Shown: positions 49,674 to 60,181, counted from the whole stretch's first letter. The stretch is 63,151 nucleotides of DNA, filler included, from 4 parts of 4 records of this genome joined end to end with filler, not necessarily neighbours in it, one strand, 5' to 3'. A program made the numbers and translations. Notes: generated from the letters alone by a model not told the origin.

Positions 49674-49773
49674 CCCGCTACGGAAATTATCCCTGCGCCG
49701 GAGGGTTTCTTTCACGGTTGTTGCAGTAAACGCAATCCTATGTGTTGCTGTGGTTGCATTCGTGCTGCGCTGA
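49666..49773 (+). CDS. Putative 35-aa single-TM small protein
   Basis: MIDPLRKLSLRRRVSFTVVAVNAILCVAVVAFVLR*; ATG overlaps the reductase stop. Confidence 0.4.
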   Translation: MIDPLRKLSLRRRVSFTVVAVNAILCVAVVAFVLR

Positions 49774-49920
49774 GGAAAAGCCAATTCGTGGCTGCTCAGC
49801 AAAAAGGCAATTCCTTACTTCAAAGTCATTCTGTCGAGCTATTGTGAAAAATCAACTGATCGTTCTCTATGAGACAGGCTATTTGAGAGGGCTTGGGTAG
49901 AAGGAGTTCGAACCGCTTGG

Positions 49921-50550
49921 CTATGTTGCAGGTTCCGCCTTTAGAGGTGCTAGAAGTCTGTTGCGTTTATTGATCGCGGCAACCGTGTTTTTGCTGATAC
50001 CCAGGTCTCGGGCAATCCAGCGATAGCTGCGCCCTTCGTCAATGAGCGCCAGTACTTTTGGTGCCAGTCTGTCCGATTTGGGCCTTTGCCCAGGCTGCCT
50101 TCCGAGCTTCTTACCGCGTGCCTTCGCAGCAGCCAAACCGGATTTCACCCGCTCGCTGATGAGATCGCTTTCAAATTCGGCAATGCCGGACAAAAACGTC
50201 GCCAGCATGCGACCGTGCGGTGTAGACAGATCGAAGGTCATACCGTTCATGGTGATGACTGAGACCTTCCAGCCTTCCAATTCACGCAACGTATTCAGGA
50301 GATCGGTCGTCGACCGCCCCCACCTGGAAAGTTCAGTAACCAAAATGGCGTCGATCTTCCTGGCTTGTGCCAGAGCCATCACCTTCTTGCGCTCGGCCCG
50401 GTCGAGTTTTGTTCCGGACCCAGTCTCCTTGAATATTGCCGCAACTTCGAAGCCGGCCCGCTCAGCAAAAACTGTCAGATCGTCTTCCTGCCGCTCGCAT
50501 GACTGGTCCGCGGTGGAAACGCGGCAATAGATGGCGGCGCGCTGTCCCAA
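49921..50550 (-). CDS. tnpR: Serine recombinase / resolvase
   Basis: YCRVSTADQ, ELSRWGRS, ERVKSGL..A..G..LGR, C-terminal HTH. Confidence 0.92.
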   Translation of the reverse strand: MGQRAAIYCRVSTADQSCERQEDDLTVFAERAGFEVAAIFKETGSGTKLDRAERKKVMALAQARKIDAILVTELSRWGRSTTDLLNTLRELEGWKVSVITMNGMTFDLSTPHGRMLATFLSGIAEFESDLISERVKSGLAAAKARGKKLGRQPGQRPKSDRLAPKVLALIDEGRSYRWIARDLGISKNTVAAINKRNRLLAPLKAEPAT

Positions 50551-50645
50551 TTGAACCCTCTTGGAATTTAGTGTCGGAAAGCCTTGATTTATGCGGGATG
50601 ATTGTTGTCCAAAACAGACTATACCTCAATAGGGACAATTCCAGC
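50551..50645. promoter_or_regulatory. Probable res site / divergent tnpR-tnpA promoters
   Basis: 95-bp spacer between divergent tnpR and tnpA, the usual res position in this architecture; subsites not resolved. Confidence 0.5.
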
Positions 50646-51165
50646 ATGCCGCGGCGACAGATACTCACCGAGCGACAGCGCTCGGCACTCTTTGATTTGC
50701 CTACCGACGAGCCCACACTACTCAGACACTACACGCTGGCCGATGATGATCTCGAACATATCCGGGAACGACGGAGGCCGGAAAACCGGCTCGGTTTCGC
50801 TCTCCAACTCTGCGCCCTTCGATATCCCGGCCGTGCGTTAATGCCTGGCGAATTGATCCCACACGAGGTTCTGTCCTTTATCGGAGCTCAGCTCGGCATT
50901 GCGCCCGACGCGCTGCTTACTTATGCGGCTCGGCGCCAAACCCGCCAACAGCATATGGATGGGTTGCGCAAGATCTATGGATACAAGGCTTTCGCGGGGC
51001 GCGGCGCACGTGATTTGCGGGACTGGGTTATTGATGAAGCCGAGGATGCAAGATCCAACGAGGATCTGGCGCAACGCTTCGTGGCACAGTGCAGGAAAAT
51101 GATGACTATCCTGCCAGCGGTAACAACCGTTGAGCGTCTGTGCGCCGACGCTCTCGTCGCCGCTG
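50646..51165 (+). mobile_element. tnpA: Tn3-family transposase, N-terminal part (cut by contig end)
   Basis: MPRRQILTERQR.ALF.LP, RRPENRLGFALQLC.LRYPG, YA.RRQTR..H. Confidence 0.92.
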
Positions 51166-51265
51166 NNNNNNNNNNNNNNNNNNNNNNNNNNNNNNNNNNN
51201 NNNNNNNNNTTAATTAATTAANNNNNNNNNNNNNNNNNNNNNNNNNNNNNNNNNNNNNNNNNNNN
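51166..51265. other. Artificial contig linker
   Basis: N-run + TTAATTAATTAA + N-run. Confidence 0.98.
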
Positions 51266-51709
51266 CTTGGCCGTGCGGTTCATGCGGCGGGCAAAGGCCG
51301 CTTCTGACCCTTCGATCGCCTCGCCTATGGCGGTGGCGGCATCATTGGCCGATTTTATCGCCGAGGCGCGAATAAGGTAGCGCAGTTTTATTTTCTGACC
51401 GGCCTTCAGCCCCAATTTGCTGGGCGGTTTCGATGCTGCCTTGGGCGAGATGCGCACAGGCGTATCCAGCGTGATTTCGCCGTTTTCAATGGCCTCGAAG
51501 GCCACATAAAGCGTCATCATTTTTGTCAGCGAGGCGGGGTGCAATTGGGTATCGGCATTCGAGGAATACAACACCTCGCCAGTGCGCGCATCCATCACCA
51601 TCGCTGCAAAAGGCGCCGCCACCGCGCTGAGCGGTAGCACGATAAGCATCCATAATGCCGCGAAAATATACAGGCCCCTGCGGCCCGGCCATTTCTGCCG
51701 ATCCTTCAC
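51266..51709 (-). CDS. D-Ala-D-Ala carboxypeptidase (peptidase S11), N-terminal part
   Basis: HPASLTKMMT (SxxK), KSANDAA (SxN); start uncertain. Confidence 0.88.
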
Positions 51710-51928
51710 GTTCTTGCCCTTATTCTGCCTCGTGCCGCCGGTTTTCCGGTCTGGCTTATTGATTTGCAGGCAGCATAGCATATTAGCTTTGCCGCTTAAA
51801 GTATTCAATTTGAATAGGTTTTTGAAAATAGGGGTAGGATGCGCCAACAATATGTAGTGGTGCGCATAGGGCCTGGCCCAACATGCGGCGGGCGGTTTTG
51901 GGTGCGATCGCCTTTGGCGAAAACCCGC

Positions 51929-52627
51929 CTATCCGATTTCATGCAAAAGCTGTGGAATGCCCGCAAGGCTGGGCAATTCGCGAAACCGCGTTGTGTTGGT
52001 GGGGGGCTCGGCGTGTTCTAGTTCCCATGTCAGGCCATGGGGCACAAAAACCCCCCAGCCGCCCAGGGTCACCATGGGGCGCACATCAGATTTCATCGAA
52101 TTGCCCACCATCATCGCCTGTGTGGCCCCCACCCCGTGGCGCTGCAACAGCGCCTGATAGGTGGCTGGGGTTTTGTCGCTGACAATTTCCACGCCATCGA
52201 ACAGATCGCCCAGGCCCGATTGCGCCAGTTTACGCTCTTGATCCAGCAGATCGCCCTTGGTGATCAGCAAAACCTTGTGGTTTTGCGCGGCCGCTTGCAC
52301 GGTTTCGCGCGCATGCGGCAGCAGATCTATCGGGTGGCGCAGCATCTCTTGGCCTGCCTCGATCAATTCGCGGATCACTGCCGCGGGCACACGGTTTTCT
52401 GTAACATCCAGCGCTGTTTCGATCATCGACAGGGTAAAGCCCTTTATGCCAAAGCCATAATGGGCGATGTTGCGCCGCTCGGCCGCAAGCAGGCGCTGGT
52501 GCAGATGCGCCCGATCGGCGTAATCGGCCAAAAGCTGTTCGAAACGGTCTTGGGTCAGGCGAAAAAAGCGCTCGTTGTGCCAAAGCGTGTCGTCAGCATC
52601 AAACCCGACAGTGGTTAAATTTTGCAT
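51929..52627 (-). CDS. HAD family hydrolase
   Basis: FDADDTLW, ITKGDLLDQE, GNSMKSD. Confidence 0.88.
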   Translation of the reverse strand: MQNLTTVGFDADDTLWHNERFFRLTQDRFEQLLADYADRAHLHQRLLAAERRNIAHYGFGIKGFTLSMIETALDVTENRVPAAVIRELIEAGQEMLRHPIDLLPHARETVQAAAQNHKVLLITKGDLLDQERKLAQSGLGDLFDGVEIVSDKTPATYQALLQRHGVGATQAMMVGNSMKSDVRPMVTLGGWGVFVPHGLTWELEHAEPPTNTTRFRELPSLAGIPQLLHEIG

Positions 52628-52714
52628 GCTGTCACCTGTCGCAGGGATCGCCCTTTTCTAATCGGACTTAAACGATATATAGGATAACTCAAACCTGAAT
52701 TGAAAAGCGTAGCC

Positions 52715-53053
52715 ATGAAGCACCAGTTTGTCATGATGTCGGATAAGCCGGGCGAGGGGGAAGATGCCTCGGTCGTGGTCAAGACGCGGCCAAAAACCCA
52801 GCGCCCGCCACTTTATAAAGTATTGCTGCTGAACGACGATTATACGCCCATGGAATTCGTGGTGCATGTGTTAGAGCGTTTCTTTGGCATGAACCACGCG
52901 CAGGCGTTTGAAATCATGCTGACCGTGCATAAAAAGGGCCTGGCGGTGGTGGGTGTGTTCTCGCACGAGATTGCCGAAACAAAAGTGACCCAAGTGATGG
53001 ATTTTGCCCAGCGCCACCAGCACCCGCTGCAGTGCACGATGGAGCGCGAATAA
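52715..53053 (+). CDS. clpS: Clp protease adaptor ClpS
   Basis: [25 protein letters not shown]. Confidence 0.95.
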   Translation: MKHQFVMMSDKPGEGEDASVVVKTRPKTQRPPLYKVLLLNDDYTPMEFVVHVLERFFGMNHAQAFEIMLTVHKKGLAVVGVFSHEIAETKVTQVMDFAQRHQHPLQCTMERE

Positions 53054-53058
53054 CCCCG

Positions 53059-54045
53059 ATGTCACACCCCCGCATTTCCCTGGCGCTGCAGGCCGATGCC
53101 TTTCGCCTGCCGCCCACGGGTGAGGTGGCCATCTTTGGCCCGGCGCGCGATATTTCCGATTTGGGCCCCAATGTGGTGGTGCAAAGCCACCTTGCCACCG
53201 ATCATGCCTATTGGCAGGCGCGCCATGTGCCGGTGGTTTTGGCCTTGGCCACCCGCCCACAGCTGTCGGTGGTGTTTTTGCCCCGCGCCAAGGCCTTGGC
53301 GCGTGGCTTGGTGGCGCAGGCCCTGGCCGAAACCGATGGGCCTGTGGTGGTGGATGGCCAAAAAACCGATGGTATCGACAGCCTGCTGAAAGAGTTGCGG
53401 GGCAAAGCCCAGGTGGGGCAGGTGATTTCCAAGGCGCATGGCAAACTGTTTGTTATCTCTGCCGCGCCCGATGCGCTGGCCGCCTGGCGCCTGCCGGCCA
53501 CGCCCCTGCAGGTTGGGGGTGGGTTTGTAACCATGCCGGGGGTGTTTTCCGCCGATGGTATCGATCCGGCCTCGCAGTTATTGGCACAGGCGCTGCCGGC
53601 CGATTTGGGCCGTCAGGTGGCCGATCTGGGGGCTGGCTGGGGGTATTTATCGGCCCAGCTGCTGGCCCGCGACAAGATAGAAACCCTGCATCTGGTCGAG
53701 GTAGACCACAGCGCGCTGGGCTGCGCCCGCCAAAATGTGCCAGACCCGCGCGCGCAGTTTCATTGGGCCGATGCCACCCTATGGCGGCCCAAAAAAGCAC
53801 TGGATTGCGTGGTGATGAACCCGCCTTTCCACACCACCCGCAGCGCCGACCCTGATTTGGGCCGCGCCTTTATTGCCGCAGCTGCGGCGATTTTGGCGCC
53901 GCAGGGGCGGTTGTTTATGGTGGCCAACCGCCATTTGCCCTACGAGCCAGCCCTGGCGCAACATTTTGGGCAGGTCACCGAATTTGGCGGCGATGCGCGG
54001 TTCAAACTATTGGCGGGCGAACGCCCGGCTCGTTTGCGGCGATAG
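53059..54045 (+). CDS. Class I SAM methyltransferase (RsmC-like)
   Basis: PGVFSADGID, DLGAGWG, MNPPFH, VANRHLPYE. Confidence 0.85.
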   Translation: MSHPRISLALQADAFRLPPTGEVAIFGPARDISDLGPNVVVQSHLATDHAYWQARHVPVVLALATRPQLSVVFLPRAKALARGLVAQALAETDGPVVVDGQKTDGIDSLLKELRGKAQVGQVISKAHGKLFVISAAPDALAAWRLPATPLQVGGGFVTMPGVFSADGIDPASQLLAQALPADLGRQVADLGAGWGYLSAQLLARDKIETLHLVEVDHSALGCARQNVPDPRAQFHWADATLWRPKKALDCVVMNPPFHTTRSADPDLGRAFIAAAAAILAPQGRLFMVANRHLPYEPALAQHFGQVTEFGGDARFKLLAGERPARLRR

Positions 54046-54081
54046 TATCGACTATGCTGACCAAGAATCAGGAGTAAGCCG

Positions 54082-54882
54082 ATGTCCTTTTCGATCAAGG
54101 GAAAGACCGCGATTGTCACCGGGGGGGCCCATGGCATTGGCTTGGCCATCGGTCAGCATTTTGCGGATCGCGGCGCCAATGTGGTGTTTGCCGATATCGA
54201 TGAGGCGCAGCTGAAAAATGAAATCGGCCCTAACCAGGACGGCACCAATATACGCTATTTCGCAGGTGATTTGCGCCAGAAACTGACGCTGGCCAATCTG
54301 CTATCTGCCACGATTGATGCGTTTGACCGGGTGGATATTTTGGTAAATGCCTCGCGGCAGATCATGCCCTCTGACCCGCTGAATGCCGATGATGACGCGG
54401 TAGAATTGTTGCTTGAGCAAAATTTGATGACTGCGCTGCGCCTGAGCCAGCTGGTGGCCAAGCGCATGATCCGCCAGGCCGAGGGGCAAGCCGAGGGCAC
54501 AGCAGGCACGATTGTAAACCTGTCGTCTATCGCGGCGCGCCGCACCAACCCGCATTTGCTGGCCTATTCCGTATCGACCGCAGCGCTAGATCAGATGACC
54601 CGGGCGTTGGCTGTGGCCTTGGCGCCGCATCGCATTCGGGTAAATGGGGTGGCCTTTGGATCGGTCATGTCAAACAGCCTGAAAGGTGCGTTGAAAGAGC
54701 ATTCGGAATATCGCAGCGATATCGAAGATCACACGCCCCTGGGGCGCATTGCCGGGCCTGCGGAACTGTCTGAGGCGGTGCAATATCTGGCCTCGGAGGC
54801 GTCATGCTTTATGACGGGGCAGATCCTCACGCTTGACGGCGGCAGAACCTTGATAGACCCTGTCGCGGCACCCGCCCATTAA
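54082..54882 (+). CDS. SDR family oxidoreductase
   Basis: TGGAHGIG, IVNLSS, TGQILTLDGG. Confidence 0.88.
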   Translation: MSFSIKGKTAIVTGGAHGIGLAIGQHFADRGANVVFADIDEAQLKNEIGPNQDGTNIRYFAGDLRQKLTLANLLSATIDAFDRVDILVNASRQIMPSDPLNADDDAVELLLEQNLMTALRLSQLVAKRMIRQAEGQAEGTAGTIVNLSSIAARRTNPHLLAYSVSTAALDQMTRALAVALAPHRIRVNGVAFGSVMSNSLKGALKEHSEYRSDIEDHTPLGRIAGPAELSEAVQYLASEASCFMTGQILTLDGGRTLIDPVAAPAH

Positions 54883-54936
54883 CGGCGCATGGCGGTGTGC
54901 GGTGCAGCCACTGCCCCCGCGCGACTGGAGATTTGA

Positions 54937-55824
54937 ATGACCGATTTCACCACCGAGAAACAGACCGCCAGCGCGTGGTTTCGCACCCTGCGCGACGATA
55001 TCGTTGCGGCCTTTGAGGGGCTGGAAGACAGCCACGACACGGGGCCCTTTGCCGATATGGCGGCGGGCCGTTTCGAGGTAACGCAAACCCAGCGCCATTC
55101 CGATGATGGCAGCGATGCTGGTGGCGGTTTGATGAGCGTGATGCGCGGTGGGCGTGTGTTTGAAAAGGTGGGCGTGAATGTGTCTACCGTCTTTGGCACC
55201 TTGGGGGCTGCGGCGCAAAAATCGATGGCGGCGCGTGGCGTGCCGGGCATGGATAAAGACCCGCGGTTTTGGGCCAGCGGCATTAGCCTGGTGGCGCATA
55301 TGCGCAACCCCCATGCGCCTGCGGTGCATATGAATACCCGCATGTTCTGGACCCCACATGCCTGGTGGTTCGGCGGCGGATCAGATTTGAACCCCTGCAT
55401 TGAATATGCCGAAGACACGGCCCATTTTCACGCCACCCAAAAGGCGCATCTAGATCCGCATGGCACAGACCATTACCCAAAGCTGAAAGCATGGGCTGAC
55501 GAGTATTTCTTTATTCCGCACCGCAACCGCGCCCGCGGTGTGGGCGGTATTTTCATGGATGACCGTAACAGCGGCGATTGGGCTGCTGATTTTGCCCTGA
55601 CCCAAGATATCGGCCGCGCCTTTTTGCCCGCCTTTGTGCCCTTGGTGGAAAAGCGCCGCGTGCAGCCCTTTGATGAGGCCGATAAGGATGCGCAGCTGGT
55701 GCACCGTGGCCTTTATGCCGAATATAACCTTGTCTATGACCGTGGCACCAAATTTGGGCTGGCCACGGGCCATGATGCCAATGCCGTGCTGATGAGCCTG
55801 CCACCCCTGGCAAAATGGGTATAG
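54937..55824 (+). CDS. hemF: Oxygen-dependent coproporphyrinogen III oxidase
   Basis: FEKVGVN, VHMNTR, WWFGGGSDL, RG.YAEYNLVYDRGTKFGL, SLPP. Confidence 0.95.
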   Translation: MTDFTTEKQTASAWFRTLRDDIVAAFEGLEDSHDTGPFADMAAGRFEVTQTQRHSDDGSDAGGGLMSVMRGGRVFEKVGVNVSTVFGTLGAAAQKSMAARGVPGMDKDPRFWASGISLVAHMRNPHAPAVHMNTRMFWTPHAWWFGGGSDLNPCIEYAEDTAHFHATQKAHLDPHGTDHYPKLKAWADEYFFIPHRNRARGVGGIFMDDRNSGDWAADFALTQDIGRAFLPAFVPLVEKRRVQPFDEADKDAQLVHRGLYAEYNLVYDRGTKFGLATGHDANAVLMSLPPLAKWV

Positions 55825-56082
55825 CATCGCCGCCCGGCATTGCCCCGGCGCGGGTTATGATATAAACGCAGCGCAGGTGCCGGGCACCTGCCGCCTGCAG
55901 GCCAAGGCCTTGGTGAAGCCCGGATATAAAACTTTTCTCACCTTTGATGCATTTCTCGGGTGGGTAACGCAGGCGCCCGCTGAACACAGAAATGCCTCTG
56001 AGTGAGGATAAAGCGATGCTGAAATACCCCGCATCCCCTGTTGGTGTTTTCTTGGGCCTTAAGGGCCCAAAAGGGGGCCGCG

Positions 56083-56508
56083 ATGCGCAGCCCTGATCTG
56101 GACCGCATGAAAGCCCAAGCCAAGGCGCTGCGCCGCGCGCTGGAAAGCGCCGGCACGCCTGTCAGCCATGCCCAAGCGCTGGAATTGCTGGCCCAGCAAC
56201 ATGGCGCGCACGATTGGAACACGCTGCATGCGCGGCTGTCGTGCGGCAATGCCCCGCCCGAATTGGCGCTGGGCGATCGCATAACAGGGCGTTACCTGGG
56301 CCAGCCGATTGCTGGCACGGTGGTGGCGCTGTCTGGCCCGGCCAGCCACCGCACGATCGAGCTGCACTTGGACCAGCCCGTAGATGTGGTGGTGTTTGAG
56401 GGGTTTTCGAATTGGCGCCAGCGTATTCGTGCCACGATTGACGCGACAGGCCGCAGCCACCGCTGCACATCAGACGGGGTGCCGCAACTGGTGGTGCAGC
56501 GGGCCTAA
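56083..56508 (+). CDS. Glyoxalase-superfamily small protein
   Basis: KAQAKALR..L...G..VSHAQALELLAQQHG..DWNTLHA; DQPVDVVVFEGFSNWRQRI. Confidence 0.65.
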   Translation: MRSPDLDRMKAQAKALRRALESAGTPVSHAQALELLAQQHGAHDWNTLHARLSCGNAPPELALGDRITGRYLGQPIAGTVVALSGPASHRTIELHLDQPVDVVVFEGFSNWRQRIRATIDATGRSHRCTSDGVPQLVVQRA

Positions 56509-56547
56509 CCCCAGCTGACATCGCCCAAAAAGATATAGCCCGCGCCA
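56505..56547 (-). CDS. C-terminal tail of a probable OmpR-family response regulator
   Basis: GAGYIFLGDVSWG* at the contig end. Confidence 0.4.
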
Positions 56548-56647
56548 NNNNNNNNNNNNNNNNNNNNNNNNNNNNNNNNNNNNNNNNNNNNTTAATTAAT
56601 TAANNNNNNNNNNNNNNNNNNNNNNNNNNNNNNNNNNNNNNNNNNNN
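56548..56647. other. Artificial contig linker
   Basis: N-run + TTAATTAATTAA + N-run. Confidence 0.98.
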
Positions 56648-57133
56648 CGTGTGCTTGCCCTGCCAGCCAAGCCCGGCAGCCTCCCCGAGCGGCTTTTCCA
56701 TCACCGGTGCGGTATCGACGAATACCTTCACATCGCCACCGGAGCGGGAAACCAGGAAGCTGGCCAGTTCCTTCAAGCGCCCCTTGATGACATCGTGATA
56801 GTCGCGGTGTCGCGCATAGACGGAAATGCCGCCGGTGGTCTTGTCGGCCAGATGGGCGAGGGGATGTTCGTGCGGTGCGCTGCCGGGGCCATAGTTCATC
56901 GCCAGCATGATGACAGAGCGAACCTCCGGCCATAGAGCTTGCGGTGAGGACCGGCGGTCGGCGGTTTCCGCCATCCAGGCCATGCTGCCTTCATAGCCCT
57001 TGTCCAGGAAGTGCCGTAGGCGTTCGCCCGCTTCCGGAATGCTGTCGGCAGCGGCAATCTTCACGCCGTCGAAACCGAGGGCGCGGGCCTTCTCCTCAAA
57101 GGCGGTCAGAAGCTTTTGCGTCTTTCGGTCCAA
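56648..57133 (-). CDS. queG: Epoxyqueuosine reductase, N-terminal part
   Basis: G.MAWM, ISVYARHRDYH, FVDTAPVMEK, AGLGWQGKHT. Confidence 0.9.
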
Positions 57134-57200
57134 GGCCTTCGGCTGCTCGCTGGAACAACGTTCAGTTCAACCGGAAACGGTTGAACGCACGAAGAATGCG

Positions 57201-57893
57201 TCAGAAATCGAGATCCGCATAGGTCTGTGCGGCCGGCATGCCCAGCACCTTCTCGCCCAGGAGCGGGCGCATCGACGGCCGCGACTTGACCCGCGCATAC
57301 CAGCTCTTGATGTCTTCCTGATCGCTCCAGGGCACTTCGCCCAGATAGTCGGCACACGACAGGGAGGCAGCAAGGGCGAAGTCGGCGAAGGTCAGCCGGT
57401 CGCCGGCAACCCAGCGGCGGGAGGCGACCAGATAGCCGAAGTACTTCAGGTGGTGATGGATGTTTGCCCGGGCAACGCGCAGGGCTGCCGAATCCGGTTC
57501 GCCGCCGCCGGCGGACTTTGGCATGATCTGCTTGTAGATGCGTTCGCGCACGAGATGACCGATCACTTCCTGATCGAACTTGCCGAGGCTCCACTCGACC
57601 AGGCGTCTCGTTTCTGCACGGGCATCGGGATGATCCGGCATCAACCGACGGTCGGCAACCGCATAGCCCCGGGTTTCGTCCAGATACTCCATGATCGGTC
57701 CGGCGCCGCAAATGGCAGGGCCTTCGTTTTCCACGATAACCGGCACGGTGCCTGCCGCGTTCAGCACCAGGAGCGCCTGAGGCCGCTCCCATGGGTTCAC
57801 GTGATGCTCCTCGAAGGCGGCACCGTATTCGCTCAGGATGAGCCGGATGAACCTTGAAGATGGCGAGAACGGATGATGGTAGAGCGTCAGCAT
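57201..57893 (-). CDS. Glutathione S-transferase family protein
   Basis: LYHHPFSP.SR, LNAAGTVP, ADFALAA, WYARVKSRPS. Confidence 0.9.
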   Translation of the reverse strand: MLTLYHHPFSPSSRFIRLILSEYGAAFEEHHVNPWERPQALLVLNAAGTVPVIVENEGPAICGAGPIMEYLDETRGYAVADRRLMPDHPDARAETRRLVEWSLGKFDQEVIGHLVRERIYKQIMPKSAGGGEPDSAALRVARANIHHHLKYFGYLVASRRWVAGDRLTFADFALAASLSCADYLGEVPWSDQEDIKSWYARVKSRPSMRPLLGEKVLGMPAAQTYADLDF

Positions 57894-58111
57894 GAAGGGG
57901 TTAAGAGCCTGAACTGTGGCAAGACTACGTCAAAGCGAATGCCGAATGCTGCAATCGCCTTAACGGAGAGTTTGCCCCGAATATGGTTATCAAGGGTTTG
58001 ACGGCGTGACTTCGCTTCGTCAAATAAGCGGCGACTTGGGAGACGCCCTGAGTCGCGAGACATACTTGGTCAGGCTGGTTTTCATCAAGCCATTTGGAGA
58101 CAAGATACACA

Positions 58112-58918
58112 ATGGACGGCCAAACGATTGTTAATGCTCTCATTTTGGGGATTGTCGAAGGTCTGACCGAGTTCATTCCCGTCTCGTCAACCGGTCACAT
58201 CCTGCTGCTGGGGCATTTTCTCGGCTTCGACAGCACAGGCAAAACTTTCGAGGTTCTGATCCAGCTCGGCGCCATTCTAGCGATCCTGTCGGTTTATTTC
58301 GGCCGTTTGTGGACGCTTCTGATCACGCTGCCAAGCGATCCCTCCAGCCGGCGCTTCGTGGCCGGTATCCTGATTGCCTTCCTGCCGGCCGCCGTCATCG
58401 GCGTGCTGCTGCATGGTTTCATCAAGGAAGTGCTGTTCGAAACGCCCGCGCTAATCTGCACGACGTTGCTGCTCGGTGGCATCGTCCTTCTGTGGATCGA
58501 CCGCCTGCCATTGAAGCCGCGCTACACAAATGTGATGGATTACCCGCTGTCGCTCTGCCTGAAGATCGGCTTTTGCCAGTGCCTTGCCATGGTGCCCGGC
58601 GTTTCACGCTCCGGTGCGACCATTGCCGGTGCATTGCTGATGGGCACCGACAAGCGCTCAGCGGCCGAATTCTCGTTCTTTCTGGCCATGCCGACAATGG
58701 CCGGCGCCTTTGCCTACGATCTCTACAAGAACCGCAACGTGCTCTCGATGGACGATGCCATGCTCATTGGTATCGGCTTTGTCGCGTCTTTCATCGCCGG
58801 TGTGTTTGTGGTCAAGGGGCTGCTCGACTTCGTCTCCAAACACGGCTTCGCGCCCTTTGCCTGGTGGCGCATTTTCGTCGGCATTGCCGGTTTCGCCGGA
58901 CTTTATTTCCTGGGCTGA
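58112..58918 (+). CDS. uppP: Undecaprenyl-diphosphate phosphatase
   Basis: [34 protein letters not shown]. Confidence 0.95.
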   Translation: MDGQTIVNALILGIVEGLTEFIPVSSTGHILLLGHFLGFDSTGKTFEVLIQLGAILAILSVYFGRLWTLLITLPSDPSSRRFVAGILIAFLPAAVIGVLLHGFIKEVLFETPALICTTLLLGGIVLLWIDRLPLKPRYTNVMDYPLSLCLKIGFCQCLAMVPGVSRSGATIAGALLMGTDKRSAAEFSFFLAMPTMAGAFAYDLYKNRNVLSMDDAMLIGIGFVASFIAGVFVVKGLLDFVSKHGFAPFAWWRIFVGIAGFAGLYFLG

Positions 58919-59002
58919 GGCCGCTTCACCAATGTCCGGATCAGCGTGCATATTTTGCTGTGCTTGTCCGGACCGACGGAGCGTGTGTGACGGGGGCTTG
59001 GC

Positions 59003-60031
59003 TCAGGCTGAACGGTTGAGCTGTCTCTTGGCCGTATAGGTCCCCGCCAGTGCCTCGAGTTCGCTTGCAAGCTCCTGACGAAGGTCCTCCGGTCCAAGCA
59101 GTTCCGCCCCCGGCCCGAGCCAGCGGACGAGCGGCAATATGCGGGCCCGCTCGGTAGAGGGGATGCTGACGAGGATCCGGCCTTCTTCAGCCGGTGTGAA
59201 GACAGCGTGACGATAATACCAGTCGGCGCTCAGCTTCTTGGCCTGTGCGGCAGTGATCAGGATCTCGGCAATCGCTTCCTCCTGCTCCCAGCGACGCATC
59301 GCCTGCGACAGCCATGCGCCGCCGAGAAGGCTCTTGATGGAGAAGGTCTTGTCGGGCCGGAAAAAGAGCCCGCTGATTTCCAGATCCCGCACCCGGTCCG
59401 CCCGATAGACCTTGAGCGTGTCCGTATCGACGCAGCGTCCGGCCAGGTACCAAAGGTCCCGGTCGAACATGACCCCATAGGGTTCGACGTCATGGGCTTT
59501 CACGGTCCGCCTTGTGGGGTTGACGTGTTCAAAGCGGACCCGTTTGCCATCCAGGATACCGGCCATGAATCCGTCGAGGGCCTTCTGCCAGTCGCCCGTC
59601 GGTTCCGCCTTTGTGCCGGAATGAAAGATGTCGGGCGGGATCGGTTCGATGCCGACGATCCTGTCTGCCTCTTTCAAGAGCCCGTGGACCGTTTTGGGCA
59701 GGGACGCCAACAGCTTCTTTTCCGCGGCTGCAAGATCGTCTGCCAGCGGTACCGTGCGGCTGGAGCGCACCAGTGCCATTGCAGCCAGCAGGGCGGCGGT
59801 CTCATTGCGGGTCAGCGCCACGGGTGGCTGAAGATAACCGCTGGCAAGCCGGTAGCCGCCTTCCGCACCACGCTCCGCATCCACCGGAACGCCAAGCGCG
59901 ATCAGCCTGTCGATGTCGCGATAGATCGTGCGATGGGAAACGTGAAACCGTTCGGCGAGTACGGTTGCCGGGACAAGTTTGCCGCCGGTCAGCAGAAGCA
60001 GGATGCCGAGTGCGCGTTCAATCGGGTTCAT
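59003..60031 (-). CDS. YafY-type HTH-WYL-WCX transcriptional regulator
   Basis: LAERFHVSHRTIYRDI, VEPYG, WYLAG, YRADRV. Confidence 0.9.
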   Translation of the reverse strand: MNPIERALGILLLLTGGKLVPATVLAERFHVSHRTIYRDIDRLIALGVPVDAERGAEGGYRLASGYLQPPVALTRNETAALLAAMALVRSSRTVPLADDLAAAEKKLLASLPKTVHGLLKEADRIVGIEPIPPDIFHSGTKAEPTGDWQKALDGFMAGILDGKRVRFEHVNPTRRTVKAHDVEPYGVMFDRDLWYLAGRCVDTDTLKVYRADRVRDLEISGLFFRPDKTFSIKSLLGGAWLSQAMRRWEQEEAIAEILITAAQAKKLSADWYYRHAVFTPAEEGRILVSIPSTERARILPLVRWLGPGAELLGPEDLRQELASELEALAGTYTAKRQLNRSA

Positions 60032-60096
60032 GGAAAATCGGGCTCTGTGAGGTCGGAACAAAAAAAATCATAACCTGAGAACAGAACGGGATCAAA

Positions 60097-60116
60097 CATG
60101 ACTCACTGCTGTCAGG
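60097..60116. promoter_or_regulatory. Probable WYL-regulator operator
   Basis: CATGAC-TCACTGCT-GTCAGG (TGAC-N8-GTCA) in the divergent spacer. Confidence 0.5.
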
Positions 60117-60181
60117 ATTGATTTGTCATTCTCATCTCGTCCCCAGAAAGGAACGGGCGTTCAGCCCTTAGGAGAAGAGAG

